A stretch of 64,000 nt of DNA, taken from assembly GCA_020696395.1 (NCBI GenBank), contig JAEHCN010000001.1, positions 1,902 through 65,901 of the forward strand. The letters are read 5' to 3'. This DNA is from Thermoplasmata archaeon (lineage in GTDB: Archaea; Thermoplasmatota; Thermoplasmata; UBA10834). Position 1 is the first letter of the stretch. Each line of letters starts with the position of its first letter. Made by a program: the position numbers and the translations under genes. The notes below the pieces were generated by a model. The model had not been told where the DNA came from. It ran no database searches and saw nothing but the letters and a program-made list of their open reading frames with translations. Shown one piece after another: positions 30,304 to 39,117 of the stretch.

Positions 30304-31149
30304 TCACAGCTTCTTCGAGACATAGTCGAGGACGGACTCGAACACCGCTCTTCCATCCCCAGCGCCGTCCGGGTTACGCGTCCAGTCCGGGTGAGTGTAC
30401 CTGAAGAACACCCTCTCGGGATGCGGCATGAGCCCGAAGACGTTCCCCTCGCGGTTGCATATCCCCGCAATGTTCTCGGTCGAACCGTTGGGGCACCACG
30501 GGTATCCCGCGATGTCGCCCTCCGGGTCCACATACTTGAACACAAGCTGGTCGTTATCGGCCAGCTCCTTCACGACTCTCTTCGCGCGGTCGACGGGGAA
30601 AGTCAGCTTTCCCTCGGCGTGGGCGGATGGTATGGCCGATATCTTGTCGCTCGGGATCTTGGTGGTGAATGCGCAGCTGCCCCTGTTTACCTTCTTCAGG
30701 AGCGTGGGACGACACTCGAACCTTGCCGAGTCGTTCGTACTCAGCACGGCCTCCGGCACCTCCGTCATTATGCCCGACATGGCCGGTAGAAGGCCCGTCT
30801 CGACGAGTATCTGAAAACCATTGCATATTCCGAGCACAGGCTTCCCCGCGCGCACGAACTCCACGAGGTCGCGCGAGAGCCTGCTCTTCATCCGGGCGGC
30901 GAATATCGCACCTGCGCGCACATAGTCCCCGGACGAGAACCCGCCTGGGAGGACGAGAATCTGATAGTCCGCGAGGGACCGTTTCTCGTCGGATGTGACA
31001 TCGGTCCGGGTCAGCTGCTTGAGGTGCACCTTCTCTGGTTTCGCCCCGAGGCGTTTGAAGGACAGGTATGACTCCTCCTCGCAGTTCGTACCCTCTATCC
31101 TGAGCACGCATACGCGCGCGTTGCTCACCTTCACCCGACCATCCTCCAC
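30304..31149 (-). CDS. purQ: Phosphoribosylformylglycinamidine synthase subunit PurQ (glutaminase)
   Basis: Class I glutamine amidotransferase with catalytic triad context (GICNGFQ ... HPE). Stop overlaps the purL start region. Confidence 0.85.
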   Translation of the reverse strand: MEDGRVKVSNARVCVLRIEGTNCEEESYLSFKRLGAKPEKVHLKQLTRTDVTSDEKRSLADYQILVLPGGFSSGDYVRAGAIFAARMKSRLSRDLVEFVRAGKPVLGICNGFQILVETGLLPAMSGIMTEVPEAVLSTNDSARFECRPTLLKKVNRGSCAFTTKIPSDKISAIPSAHAEGKLTFPVDRAKRVVKELADNDQLVFKYVDPEGDIAGYPWCPNGSTENIAGICNREGNVFGLMPHPERVFFRYTHPDWTRNPDGAGDGRAVFESVLDYVSKKL

Positions 31150-33464
31150 AGCGTCGATCCGAAGCTCTTCGCCAGCTTTCCGACCTCGAGGTCGACGAGT
31201 CTTCTGCTGGAGCCGATGACGAGGGACGAACCTCCGACCCTGCCCAGCTTGGCGACCTTGGTTCTTCCGTCCTTAGGCAGCAGCTTCTCCTTGCCCTTCC
31301 GTACCTCGATAAGCCACCGGCTGTTGCTCTCGTTGAACAGCTTCACGTCAGATCTGAGGCGCCCGAGCTTCTCAAGGCCGATGTTAGCTCCCACGTCTCC
31401 TCCGATGCACATCTCCGCCGATGCGACTGCCAGTCCGCCGTCGGAGACGTCGTGGCATGCTACGATGACCCCTCTCTCTATGCCTCTGATGATGACGTCC
31501 ATGCCTGCCCGGAGGGCGGCCGTATCCACGTCCGGAACCTTGGACGAATGGCTCCCTGTCGACCTGTAGTACGCCGAGGCGCCCATCTCCGGCCCAGTCT
31601 CTCCGACGAGGAATATGGGGTCGCCCTCTCTCTTGAAGTCCGATGTGACGCATTTCCTGATATCCCTCACGATGCCACACCCGAGTATCGCCGGTGTTGG
31701 AAGCACCGACCCCCTGGGAGATTCGTTGTAGAAGCTGACATTGCCCGAAGGTATCGGGAGGTCGAGGTCCTTCGCTACCTCCCCGATTCCCCTGACCGCC
31801 TCTCTGAACTGCCATAGTCTGTCAGGTTTCTCCGGGTTCCCGAAATTGAGGCAGTCGGTCAGTGAGTGCGGGCGCGCTCCGACGGCTGCGATGTTCCTGC
31901 AGACCTCGTCGACGCAAGTCTTGCCTCCTCTGTAGGGGTCACCGGCAACTGCGAACGGGTTCGAAGCGGTCGCGACCGCAAGTCCTCTGAACGATTCCTC
32001 GACGGGCTTCAGGACGGCAGCGTCGCCGTGCGTCCAGTGCCCAGTCTTGCCGTGCAACGGCTTTATCACTGTGTTCGCGCGTACCTCGTGGTCGTACTGT
32101 CGGATCACCCAGTCACGACTGCATATATTCTGGTCCGACAAGAGCTTCAGCAGGTCCTTGTCGTACTTTGTCTTCGCCTTCGGTGCCCTTTCCTTCTTTC
32201 TCCGTGTGCCCTCGCTAACGTGACACGGCCTGCAGTACTCCGGACCGGCCGTGAGGAAACCGAGCTCTAGATCGAAGACCTTCGTGCCATCGTAATACAG
32301 CCTCACCCGCTTCTCACGGATGATCTTGCCGACTGGCGTGGCCGGCACGTCCCAGAGCTTGAAGATGTGGAGGACTCTGTCCGCGTTCTTGGGGGAAACC
32401 GAGAGCATCATACGTTCCTGTGATTCTGACACCCATACTTCCCACGGGGCAAGCCCCTCCTCCTTAAGCGGGATCTTGCCGAGGTCGACCTCCGCCCCAC
32501 AGCCCCCGGCCAGTGCGATCTCGCCGACCACACAGGAGAGGCCTCCACCTCCCAGGTCTTTCATGCCGTTGACAAGCCCCTTCTCGTTGGCCTCGAGGAC
32601 TGCGTGAATGACAGGCTCCTTCATGATCGGGTCGCCGAGCTGCACGGCGCCCCTCGATTCCATCTCGCTATCCTCCGTCAGAACGGCCGAGGCGAATGTG
32701 ACTCCGTGGATGCCATCCCTTCCTGTTCGGCCTCCGACTAAGATGAGGACGTCCCCTGGCCCTCTGACTGCATTCCTCCGTATGTTCCTCTTCTCGGCTA
32801 TGCCGACGCAGCCGACGTTCACTAGGCAATTACCCGTGTAGCTCTCATCGAACCATAGGCCGCCGGAGACGGTCGGTATCCCAACTCTGTTGCCGTAGTC
32901 TCTTATCCCAGCAACGACTCCTCCCAGGAGGTACTTTGGATGCTTCACGCCGGCCGGGAGTTTTCTGAACGGATAGTTCAGGGGCCCGAAGAACAGCGGG
33001 TCCACCAGCGCGATCGGCTGCGCGCCCATGCACAGCACGTCCCTGAGTATTCCGCCGATGCCGGTGGCCGCACCGCCGTAAGGCTCGACCGCGCTCGGGT
33101 GGTTGTGGCTCTCGATCCTCAGCGCGTAGGCGTGGTCCCTGTCGAACTCCATCACACCGGCGTCGCCTCGGTCTATGACCTGTCTGTTGTCTATCCCGAA
33201 GATGTACTCCTTCAGGAACATCTTCGAGCTCTTGTAGCAGCAGTGCTCGCTCCACGCCTGACCTATCGCCTGGAGCTCGACATCCGTCGGGTTCCTGCCC
33301 TTTCCGTCGAAGTGGTTCCTGACCCTCCTCATCTCGTCGAGAGAAAGCCCGGTGCCGCTCTCGCGGCTTATCTCCATCAGCTCGTCGTCCGATGCCTTCG
33401 AGAGCTTAATCTCAGTCAGTTCGAATGGGGTGTCCTGGGGGACATAGAGCCTGCTCGACGACAT
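31131..33464 (-). CDS. purL: Phosphoribosylformylglycinamidine synthase subunit PurL
   Basis: 777 aa with duplicated AIRS/AIRS_C domains typical of small PurL. Confidence 0.9.
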   Translation of the reverse strand: MSSSRLYVPQDTPFELTEIKLSKASDDELMEISRESGTGLSLDEMRRVRNHFDGKGRNPTDVELQAIGQAWSEHCCYKSSKMFLKEYIFGIDNRQVIDRGDAGVMEFDRDHAYALRIESHNHPSAVEPYGGAATGIGGILRDVLCMGAQPIALVDPLFFGPLNYPFRKLPAGVKHPKYLLGGVVAGIRDYGNRVGIPTVSGGLWFDESYTGNCLVNVGCVGIAEKRNIRRNAVRGPGDVLILVGGRTGRDGIHGVTFASAVLTEDSEMESRGAVQLGDPIMKEPVIHAVLEANEKGLVNGMKDLGGGGLSCVVGEIALAGGCGAEVDLGKIPLKEEGLAPWEVWVSESQERMMLSVSPKNADRVLHIFKLWDVPATPVGKIIREKRVRLYYDGTKVFDLELGFLTAGPEYCRPCHVSEGTRRKKERAPKAKTKYDKDLLKLLSDQNICSRDWVIRQYDHEVRANTVIKPLHGKTGHWTHGDAAVLKPVEESFRGLAVATASNPFAVAGDPYRGGKTCVDEVCRNIAAVGARPHSLTDCLNFGNPEKPDRLWQFREAVRGIGEVAKDLDLPIPSGNVSFYNESPRGSVLPTPAILGCGIVRDIRKCVTSDFKREGDPIFLVGETGPEMGASAYYRSTGSHSSKVPDVDTAALRAGMDVIIRGIERGVIVACHDVSDGGLAVASAEMCIGGDVGANIGLEKLGRLRSDVKLFNESNSRWLIEVRKGKEKLLPKDGRTKVAKLGRVGGSSLVIGSSRRLVDLEVGKLAKSFGSTLWRMVG

Positions 33465-33473
33465 CCAGTACCC

Positions 33474-33713
33474 TCACTTGATTCTGATCGTGTAATTGTG
33501 GATCACGGGGTTGGCTAGGAGCTTCCTGCACATCTCTTCTACGCTTCTCTCGGTCTCCTCCGTTTCCCCATCGGTCTCAATCTCGAAGACCTTCACAGAT
33601 CTGACTTCTCGGACTCCCTCGAATCCGAGCAGCTCGAGGGCCTTGAGTGTGTTCTTCCCCTCAGGGTCAGCTACCCCCTTCTTGAGCGTGATTCTGACCT
33701 CTACCACAGCCAT
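33474..33713 (-). CDS. purS: Phosphoribosylformylglycinamidine synthase subunit PurS
   Basis: From the internal ATG (33713) the product is MAVVEVRITLKKGVADPEGKNTLKALELLGFEGV..., 79 aa PurS. The upstream part of the 237-aa track ORF is non-protein-like. Confidence 0.8.
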   Translation of the reverse strand: MAVVEVRITLKKGVADPEGKNTLKALELLGFEGVREVRSVKVFEIETDGETEETERSVEEMCRKLLANPVIHNYTIRIK

Positions 33714-34208
33714 TATATGGTCACCTGTGACCGCATTACCGTCGCCGATACTTAGACTTTGAGGGCTGCGGCGATTCTTTATAACACGGCTGCGGCACAG
33801 TATGGGGGCTGGCTTCGGAAGGAGACTGGAGGATACAGCTGCCAAGGACTGGCCCTGTGCGAGCACAGGGCGATCGACATATTCTGCTATAGACCCGTTC
33901 GCGCGTCCCACAGCGCCCAAAGGGGGCGTGGAGAAGTACCCGAATCTCCGCTTGCGCGGAAAGAGGTGAAACCGCATGAAATGTACTGTCTGCGCAGTGC
34001 TAGGGATAGCGGTGGCTGTGTCCTTGCTACATCGGCTGTGGCTATCGGCGACGGCGGTCCGAAGAAGACGAACCTGCTCCTGTACCAGAAGGACCCCGAC
34101 ACATGGGAGATAGTCGGGGATGGCGCGTGGGGCTAGCTGCGTTTCGCAACCTCGGGGGAGGAGTTCGAGTTCAAGTTCAACGGCCACGACTACGATTCCG
34201 ATGACGGC

Positions 34209-34517
34209 ATGGGAATACTACCAGACGAGGACTACACGCTGATTTACCACCCAGATCCTTGGCCTGGTACCGGATTGATCAAGCTTGGGGAAGCAACATC
34301 ACACATGTGCTACCTGGGCTACCCATATGTGATGATACAGATTGTCGGGTCCTGCGACTCCGGGGACCTACCGATAGCGCTCGACGACAACGACGGGGCC
34401 AAGATATGGCTTGTGCTGTCGGACGACCTCGGAGACGATCACATGACAGGATGGAATCCGACAAGCTATCTCTTCGAGTCGAGATTGATCACGTTCGTAG
34501 ACACAAATGATTCTTGA
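34209..34517 (+). CDS. Hypothetical Asp/Gly-rich protein (102 aa from ATG; same frame continues upstream across a single TAG)
   Basis: Protein-like beta-rich composition in the only sizeable ORF within the 890-nt gap between purS and trmI. The frame is open upstream to a TAG at 34134-34136, beyond which a same-frame ORF (ending ...GPKKTNLLLYQKDPDTWEIVGDGAWG) continues. Confidence 0.3.
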   Translation: MGILPDEDYTLIYHPDPWPGTGLIKLGEATSHMCYLGYPYVMIQIVGSCDSGDLPIALDDNDGAKIWLVLSDDLGDDHMTGWNPTSYLFESRLITFVDTNDS

Positions 34518-34605
34518 GAACAATCGGTTGCGAACTCTTGTTCGGTGCACTCAATCCTGCCTCCGGGCAGGAGTCTACAATTTCTCCCCTGGCTGCTCCT
34601 CCAGT

Positions 34606-35367
34606 CTACTGTCTCATCTTCCTCGCCAAGGCCAGGTATCCAGTGTGTCCCAGCATGTCACAGCTTGGCCTGACACCACGATCGTGGACCATCATCTCTC
34701 TCTGAAGGGTTTCGAAAGCGAACAAGTCCTGGAAGCCGACCTCCCGCATCTTTCTGACCGTGCTCTCGAGCTGATTGGCGTTAGGCACATAGGAGCATAC
34801 ATGCCCCCCGACACGCAGGGCAGAGGCCGCAGCAGGAAGAGCATCCCAGGGGTTGGGGATGTCGAGCACGACACCGTCCAGGTCGGTCTCTTCGATTCCT
34901 TGGCAGACATCCCCCATCCTCAGTTGCCAGCAGGAGGCGAAGTCCGAGCGCCCGACGTTCCTCTCGGCCACCTTGGCGTGGTCTTCCCTTACCTCGTACG
35001 TGTAGACCGTACCAGCAGGCGCAACCGCCTTCAGGAGCACGATCGTCAGGCCGCCGGACCCCGCTCCGGCTTCGACGACCCGACTCCCGCATCCTAGGTC
35101 CATGTGCATCGGTATGTGGAAGCTATCCTTCGGCGAGATTATCTGCGCTCGTCTATCCATCTGGCTCAGGATGTCCATCACGGACGGCTTCATGATGCGG
35201 AAAGAGTGGCCAGCGACGGCAATATCGTCTCCGAATGACGAGCCACAGATGGCCGTCCCGTCTATGGTTCCGAGACGTCTCACTTCGAGCATCTTCCTCT
35301 CGGCGACGGCGAAGTGCTTCGTCCCCTTCCCGTCGATGAGGATGACCCTGGTTCCTTCTTCGATCAA
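34606..35367 (-). CDS. trmI: tRNA (adenine57/58-N1)-methyltransferase TrmI
   Basis: Collinear with P. abyssi TrmI (253 aa) from a TTG start giving MIEEGTRVILIDGKGTKHF..., with SAM-binding motif VVEAGAGSGGLT. The upstream 105 codons of the track ORF are Arg-rich and overlap a separate small ORF. Confidence 0.8.
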   Translation of the reverse strand: MIEEGTRVILIDGKGTKHFAVAERKMLEVRRLGTIDGTAICGSSFGDDIAVAGHSFRIMKPSVMDILSQMDRRAQIISPKDSFHIPMHMDLGCGSRVVEAGAGSGGLTIVLLKAVAPAGTVYTYEVREDHAKVAERNVGRSDFASCWQLRMGDVCQGIEETDLDGVVLDIPNPWDALPAAASALRVGGHVCSYVPNANQLESTVRKMREVGFQDLFAFETLQREMMVHDRGVRPSCDMLGHTGYLALARKMRQ

Positions 35368-35398
35368 ATCCAACTCCTCTTGCGTGCGTCGCAGCGCA

Positions 35399-35686
35399 TC
35401 AGATTCTCCTGAGCTCCTTCTCGCACGCGTGACACTTCCTCTGGTCGTAACTGAGTGCCGTCCCGCAATGCGAGCACCGCGGGAGCGGCCGGAACCTCTT
35501 TCCCTGAGGCTCGGACACTGCAACGCCGTCGGCGGCGGACTCCTGACGTGACTCCACCTTCTCCTTCTCATCTTTGTATTCAACCGCGTTTCCGTCCATC
35601 CTGTATCTTGGCAGCTCCTTCGAAACCGGTTGCCGCGGAGCAACTCCGTCCGTCTTCTTCTTCTTGAATGGGAACATCTCACTCAC
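35399..35686 (-). CDS. Small zinc-ribbon protein (CxxC...CxxC), Lys/Glu-rich
   Basis: C-terminal CSHCGTAL...CHAC motif; ends 31 nt upstream of the TrmI TTG. The true start is possibly the internal Met. Confidence 0.4.
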   Translation of the reverse strand: MSEMFPFKKKKTDGVAPRQPVSKELPRYRMDGNAVEYKDEKEKVESRQESAADGVAVSEPQGKRFRPLPRCSHCGTALSYDQRKCHACEKELRRI

Positions 35687-36002
35687 GTCGTCGGATGAAA
35701 CCTCTCCTCTGCAGAGGTCGTTATGTCGTCACCCGTATTTTGACTTGCCTCGGCCCCGCCCAGTGCGTTCGAAATGTTACCGCGAGCATATCGCTCTTTC
35801 ATAATCTGGCCCGGTTCTTCGCAGGAACGTCTGAATGTCGCACCCTTGGCTGAAAAACCGACAAGAACTAATATGGCTATGGCAATCATATTGCCGTTCC
35901 AGGGGTGCTGCAGTCGAGGGGGGAGCCACGGTTTTCGTACCGGTAGAACAGCGTCCCCCAGAGGCAGCGTTTCCAGGACGACCCTGATTTAGGAGGAAAT
36001 CC

Positions 36003-36416
36003 GTGATGAGCAAAGGCCTGAAGATTGAGCTTGAGAAATGCATCGGCTGTAACATGTGCGCCTTGATCTGCTCCGGGTCACACGTGGGGAAGTTCAACCC
36101 CAGTGAGTCCAGGATCAACGTCGAGGACGTTTTTCCGGAGCCTGGCGAGTTCAGGTTGAACTACTGCACACAGTGTGACGAGCACCCATGCGTCGAGGAG
36201 TGTCCGGCTGAGGCGATCAAGCTGGATGAGGCGTTGGGCATATACTACGTCGATAAGGAAGAGTGCACTGCGTGTGGCCTGTGCGTCGATGTCTGTCCAC
36301 ACAACGGCCTCTGGCTCGATCCTTCGGAATCACACGCTATCAAGTGCGACCTGTGCGGGGGGACGCCCAAGTGCATCGAGGTGTGCCCTAGGAAGGTCAT
36401 TTCGAGGGGTGAGTGA
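36003..36416 (+). CDS. Poly-[4Fe-4S] ferredoxin, AOR-associated small subunit-like (AorA/FOR-S-like)
   Basis: Four Cys motifs including CIGCNMCALIC and a C-terminal CDLCGGTPKCIEVCP; the stop overlaps the AOR start. Confidence 0.8.
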   Translation: MMSKGLKIELEKCIGCNMCALICSGSHVGKFNPSESRINVEDVFPEPGEFRLNYCTQCDEHPCVEECPAEAIKLDEALGIYYVDKEECTACGLCVDVCPHNGLWLDPSESHAIKCDLCGGTPKCIEVCPRKVISRGE

Positions 36417-38263
36417 AGATGCCGACAGGATACACTGGCAAGATACTGAGAGTCGATCTGACCAATGACAAGGTGGCGACTGAGCCGACGAAGATGGAGT
36501 GGGCAAAGCAGTTCATCGGCGGCAAGGGATTGGGCGCCAAGTACCTCTACGAAGAGCTGAAGCCAGGTACCGACCCGCTATCGCCGGACAACATGCTCAC
36601 GATATGGACGGGGCCGCTCGTCGGGACGATGGTCCCGCTGACGAGCAGATACGTCGTCATCACCAAGTCCCCTCTGACCGGAACCTTCCTGGACACCTAT
36701 GCGGGCGGTTATTTCGCCCCGGAGCTGAAGTATGCAGGGTTCGACGGCATAATCGTCACGGGGAAGGCAGCGAAGCCGAGCTACCTCTGGGTGAACGATG
36801 GCAAGGCGGAGATACGGGATGCCAAGAACGTCTGGGGCAAGGACATGTTCAAGACGGAGGAGCTTCTCAGAGACGAGGTCGGGCACAAGTACGCCCGCGT
36901 TGCAGGGATCGGGCAGGCGGGCGAGAAACTCTCCAGGATCGCTGGTGTCACCTCAGACATAACCAGGAACGCTGGCCGTGGCGGAGCAGGCGCGGTGTTC
37001 GGCTCCAAGAACCTGAAGGCCGTTGTCGCGAAGGGCTCGCTCGGCGTCGAGGTACCTAAGATAGACGAGTTCATGGAGATGGCCAAGCAGATGCTCTGGA
37101 AGGACGTCGTCGAGAATCCGGACCATGCCGGTCTGATAACTGATGGTACCCCGATAATCGTCGACATGAGCCAGGACGCGGGCATCCTGCCGACGAACAA
37201 CTGGCACACGGGCCAGTTCGACGGGTACCTTGGGATAGACTCCGACGCCTTGAAGACCAGGGTCTTCGTCAAGAAGAAAGCCTGCTTCTCCTGCGGGATC
37301 GCCTGCGGCAGCTTCGCCAAGGTGAGGGACGGCCTGTTCAAAGGGTCTTCCACAGAGGGGCCTGAGTACGAGACGCTCGGACTGGCAGGGTCCAACTGCG
37401 GTGTGAAGAACATCGAGGCCGTCGTCAAATTCTCCGAGGATTGCGACAGGTTCGGTCTGGACACCATGTCCGCCGGCTCAGCTGTCGGCTTCGCTATGGA
37501 CATCTACGAGAAGGGCATCATTACGAAAGAGGATACTGGAGGCCTGGATCTCAGGTTTGGGAACGAGGAGGCGTACGCGAAGATGCCTGAGATGATCTCC
37601 CTGAGGACGACAAAGATCGGCGACCTTCTCGCGGAGGGCACGCTGCGTGCCGCAAAGGCGATAGGCAAGGACACAGAGAAGCTCGTTATTCACTCGAAGG
37701 GCAGCGAGTATCCTGCGTACGATCCGAGAGGCTCGATCGGCATGGCGCTCGCGTATGCGACCTCCGACCGAGGTGCGGACCACAACAGGGCGTGGCCCGT
37801 CGCGTCGGATGCGTACGGCGACGGAGACCCGTGGAGCACGGATGGCAAGGCCGCGATCTGCCACGAGGAGCAGATAATGAAGAGCTACAAGTGGAGCATG
37901 ATCTATTGTGACTTCTACGGTGTCAGCGATGAGAACATGGCGATGTACTACACTGCCGTCACAGGACTCCCAGCGGATGCGGATTGGCTGAAGGCGGTCG
38001 GCGTACGGGTATGGAACCTGGTCAGGGCGTTCAACGTCAGAGAGGGTTTCTCGAGGAAGGACGACACCATGCCAGACAGGATGGCGACGGAACCCCTGCC
38101 GAGCGGGAAGACCGAGGGGAAGACCGTCAGTCGCGAGGCCTTTGAGAAGATGCTCAACGAGTACTACGCGCTCTGGGGCTGGGACGAGCAGGGCAGGCCG
38201 ACGAAGAAGACGCTCGAAGATGCCGGTCTGAGCGACATCGTAGGGACCCTCGACTACCTCTGA
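36413..38263 (+). CDS. aor: Tungsten-containing aldehyde:ferredoxin oxidoreductase family protein
   Basis: 616 aa with the AOR N-domain and the AFOR_C Cys ligand region (CFSCGIAC). The subfamily (AOR/FOR/WOR) cannot be assigned. Confidence 0.9.
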   Translation: MKMPTGYTGKILRVDLTNDKVATEPTKMEWAKQFIGGKGLGAKYLYEELKPGTDPLSPDNMLTIWTGPLVGTMVPLTSRYVVITKSPLTGTFLDTYAGGYFAPELKYAGFDGIIVTGKAAKPSYLWVNDGKAEIRDAKNVWGKDMFKTEELLRDEVGHKYARVAGIGQAGEKLSRIAGVTSDITRNAGRGGAGAVFGSKNLKAVVAKGSLGVEVPKIDEFMEMAKQMLWKDVVENPDHAGLITDGTPIIVDMSQDAGILPTNNWHTGQFDGYLGIDSDALKTRVFVKKKACFSCGIACGSFAKVRDGLFKGSSTEGPEYETLGLAGSNCGVKNIEAVVKFSEDCDRFGLDTMSAGSAVGFAMDIYEKGIITKEDTGGLDLRFGNEEAYAKMPEMISLRTTKIGDLLAEGTLRAAKAIGKDTEKLVIHSKGSEYPAYDPRGSIGMALAYATSDRGADHNRAWPVASDAYGDGDPWSTDGKAAICHEEQIMKSYKWSMIYCDFYGVSDENMAMYYTAVTGLPADADWLKAVGVRVWNLVRAFNVREGFSRKDDTMPDRMATEPLPSGKTEGKTVSREAFEKMLNEYYALWGWDEQGRPTKKTLEDAGLSDIVGTLDYL

Positions 38264-38283
38264 GCAGGCACAAACCTCAACGA

Positions 38284-38340
38284 CCAGAAGTGGTGAGCAA
38301 TGCCCATCACCTCTGGTCAAGATCCGATTTTCTTCGTGTT
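38284..38340 (+). terminator. Imperfect hairpin (CCAGAAGUGGUGA...UCACCUCUGG) followed by a U-rich tract after aor
   Basis: 8/10 complementary stem 20 nt after the aor stop, then a gattttcttcgtgttt run. Confidence 0.3.
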
Positions 38341-38680
38341 TCAGGCGATTTCGGGCAGTTATTTGCAGCAGAGGTAAAATATATATCTATCGATATTTAA
38401 ATAGGCGTTTCTGATACCTTTTCACCGGTACTTTTGTTGTCTTTGAACGCCTCCCAATAGGCTGTCGCCGATTGTGAAAGTTTCAACCATTAAGGGCAGT
38501 GATTCGAAAATCATTCATAAAGACCCGGTTGAATTTGTACGCAGGCAAGATACATATACACCCTTCTCCAAGAATATATATGTCATCAGTCCTTTACTGA
38601 GCCCCGTGGGGAGCACAGGCTCCCTGATATGGCCATTCCCATGGTTTCGATGGGTCTGGCCCTTCAGTTGGTGCGCGTAG

Positions 38681-39115
38681 ATGTCGAGTTCGAAAGGGAA
38701 CTTCGGGTTGGTTTTCGACCCGAAGAAGTGCAATGGATGTCGCGAATGCGAGAAGGCCTGCATCGCCTCGAAGAAATCGAGTGTCGCTGCAGGGAAGACC
38801 AGAATGAAAATCCTTGAGGATGGGGACAAGTTCAAGGCGGTCGTGTGTGTGCATTGCGAACAGTGCGAGCCTGCGGACGTCTGCCCGTCAGCGCTGCTCG
38901 AATTCCACGACGATGGGAAGTACTGGACTCTTGACGAACACAGATGTTTCGCATGCATGGCATGCATCCCGCGCTGCCCCTACGAAGCGATATTCTTCGA
39001 GGAGGAGTTCGGGGTGGAGACTGCGTACATGTGCGACTTGTGCGGCGGCGACCCCAAGTGTCTGAAGGCGTGTCCTGAGGGTGCACTCACCCTCAATCAG
39101 ACCCGGGGGAAGTAG
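38681..39115 (+). CDS. Poly-[4Fe-4S] ferredoxin, paralog of 36003..36416
   Basis: Same four-motif Cys arrangement ending CDLCGGDPKCLKACP; preceded by a 417-nt AT-rich spacer. Confidence 0.8.
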   Translation: MSSSKGNFGLVFDPKKCNGCRECEKACIASKKSSVAAGKTRMKILEDGDKFKAVVCVHCEQCEPADVCPSALLEFHDDGKYWTLDEHRCFACMACIPRCPYEAIFFEEEFGVETAYMCDLCGGDPKCLKACPEGALTLNQTRGK

Positions 39116-39117
39116 GA

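Noticed and set aside
35102-35551. 149-aa plus-strand ORF overlapping trmI
   Set aside because: Antisense to a conserved TrmI coding region, with low-complexity Ser/Leu/Arg composition.
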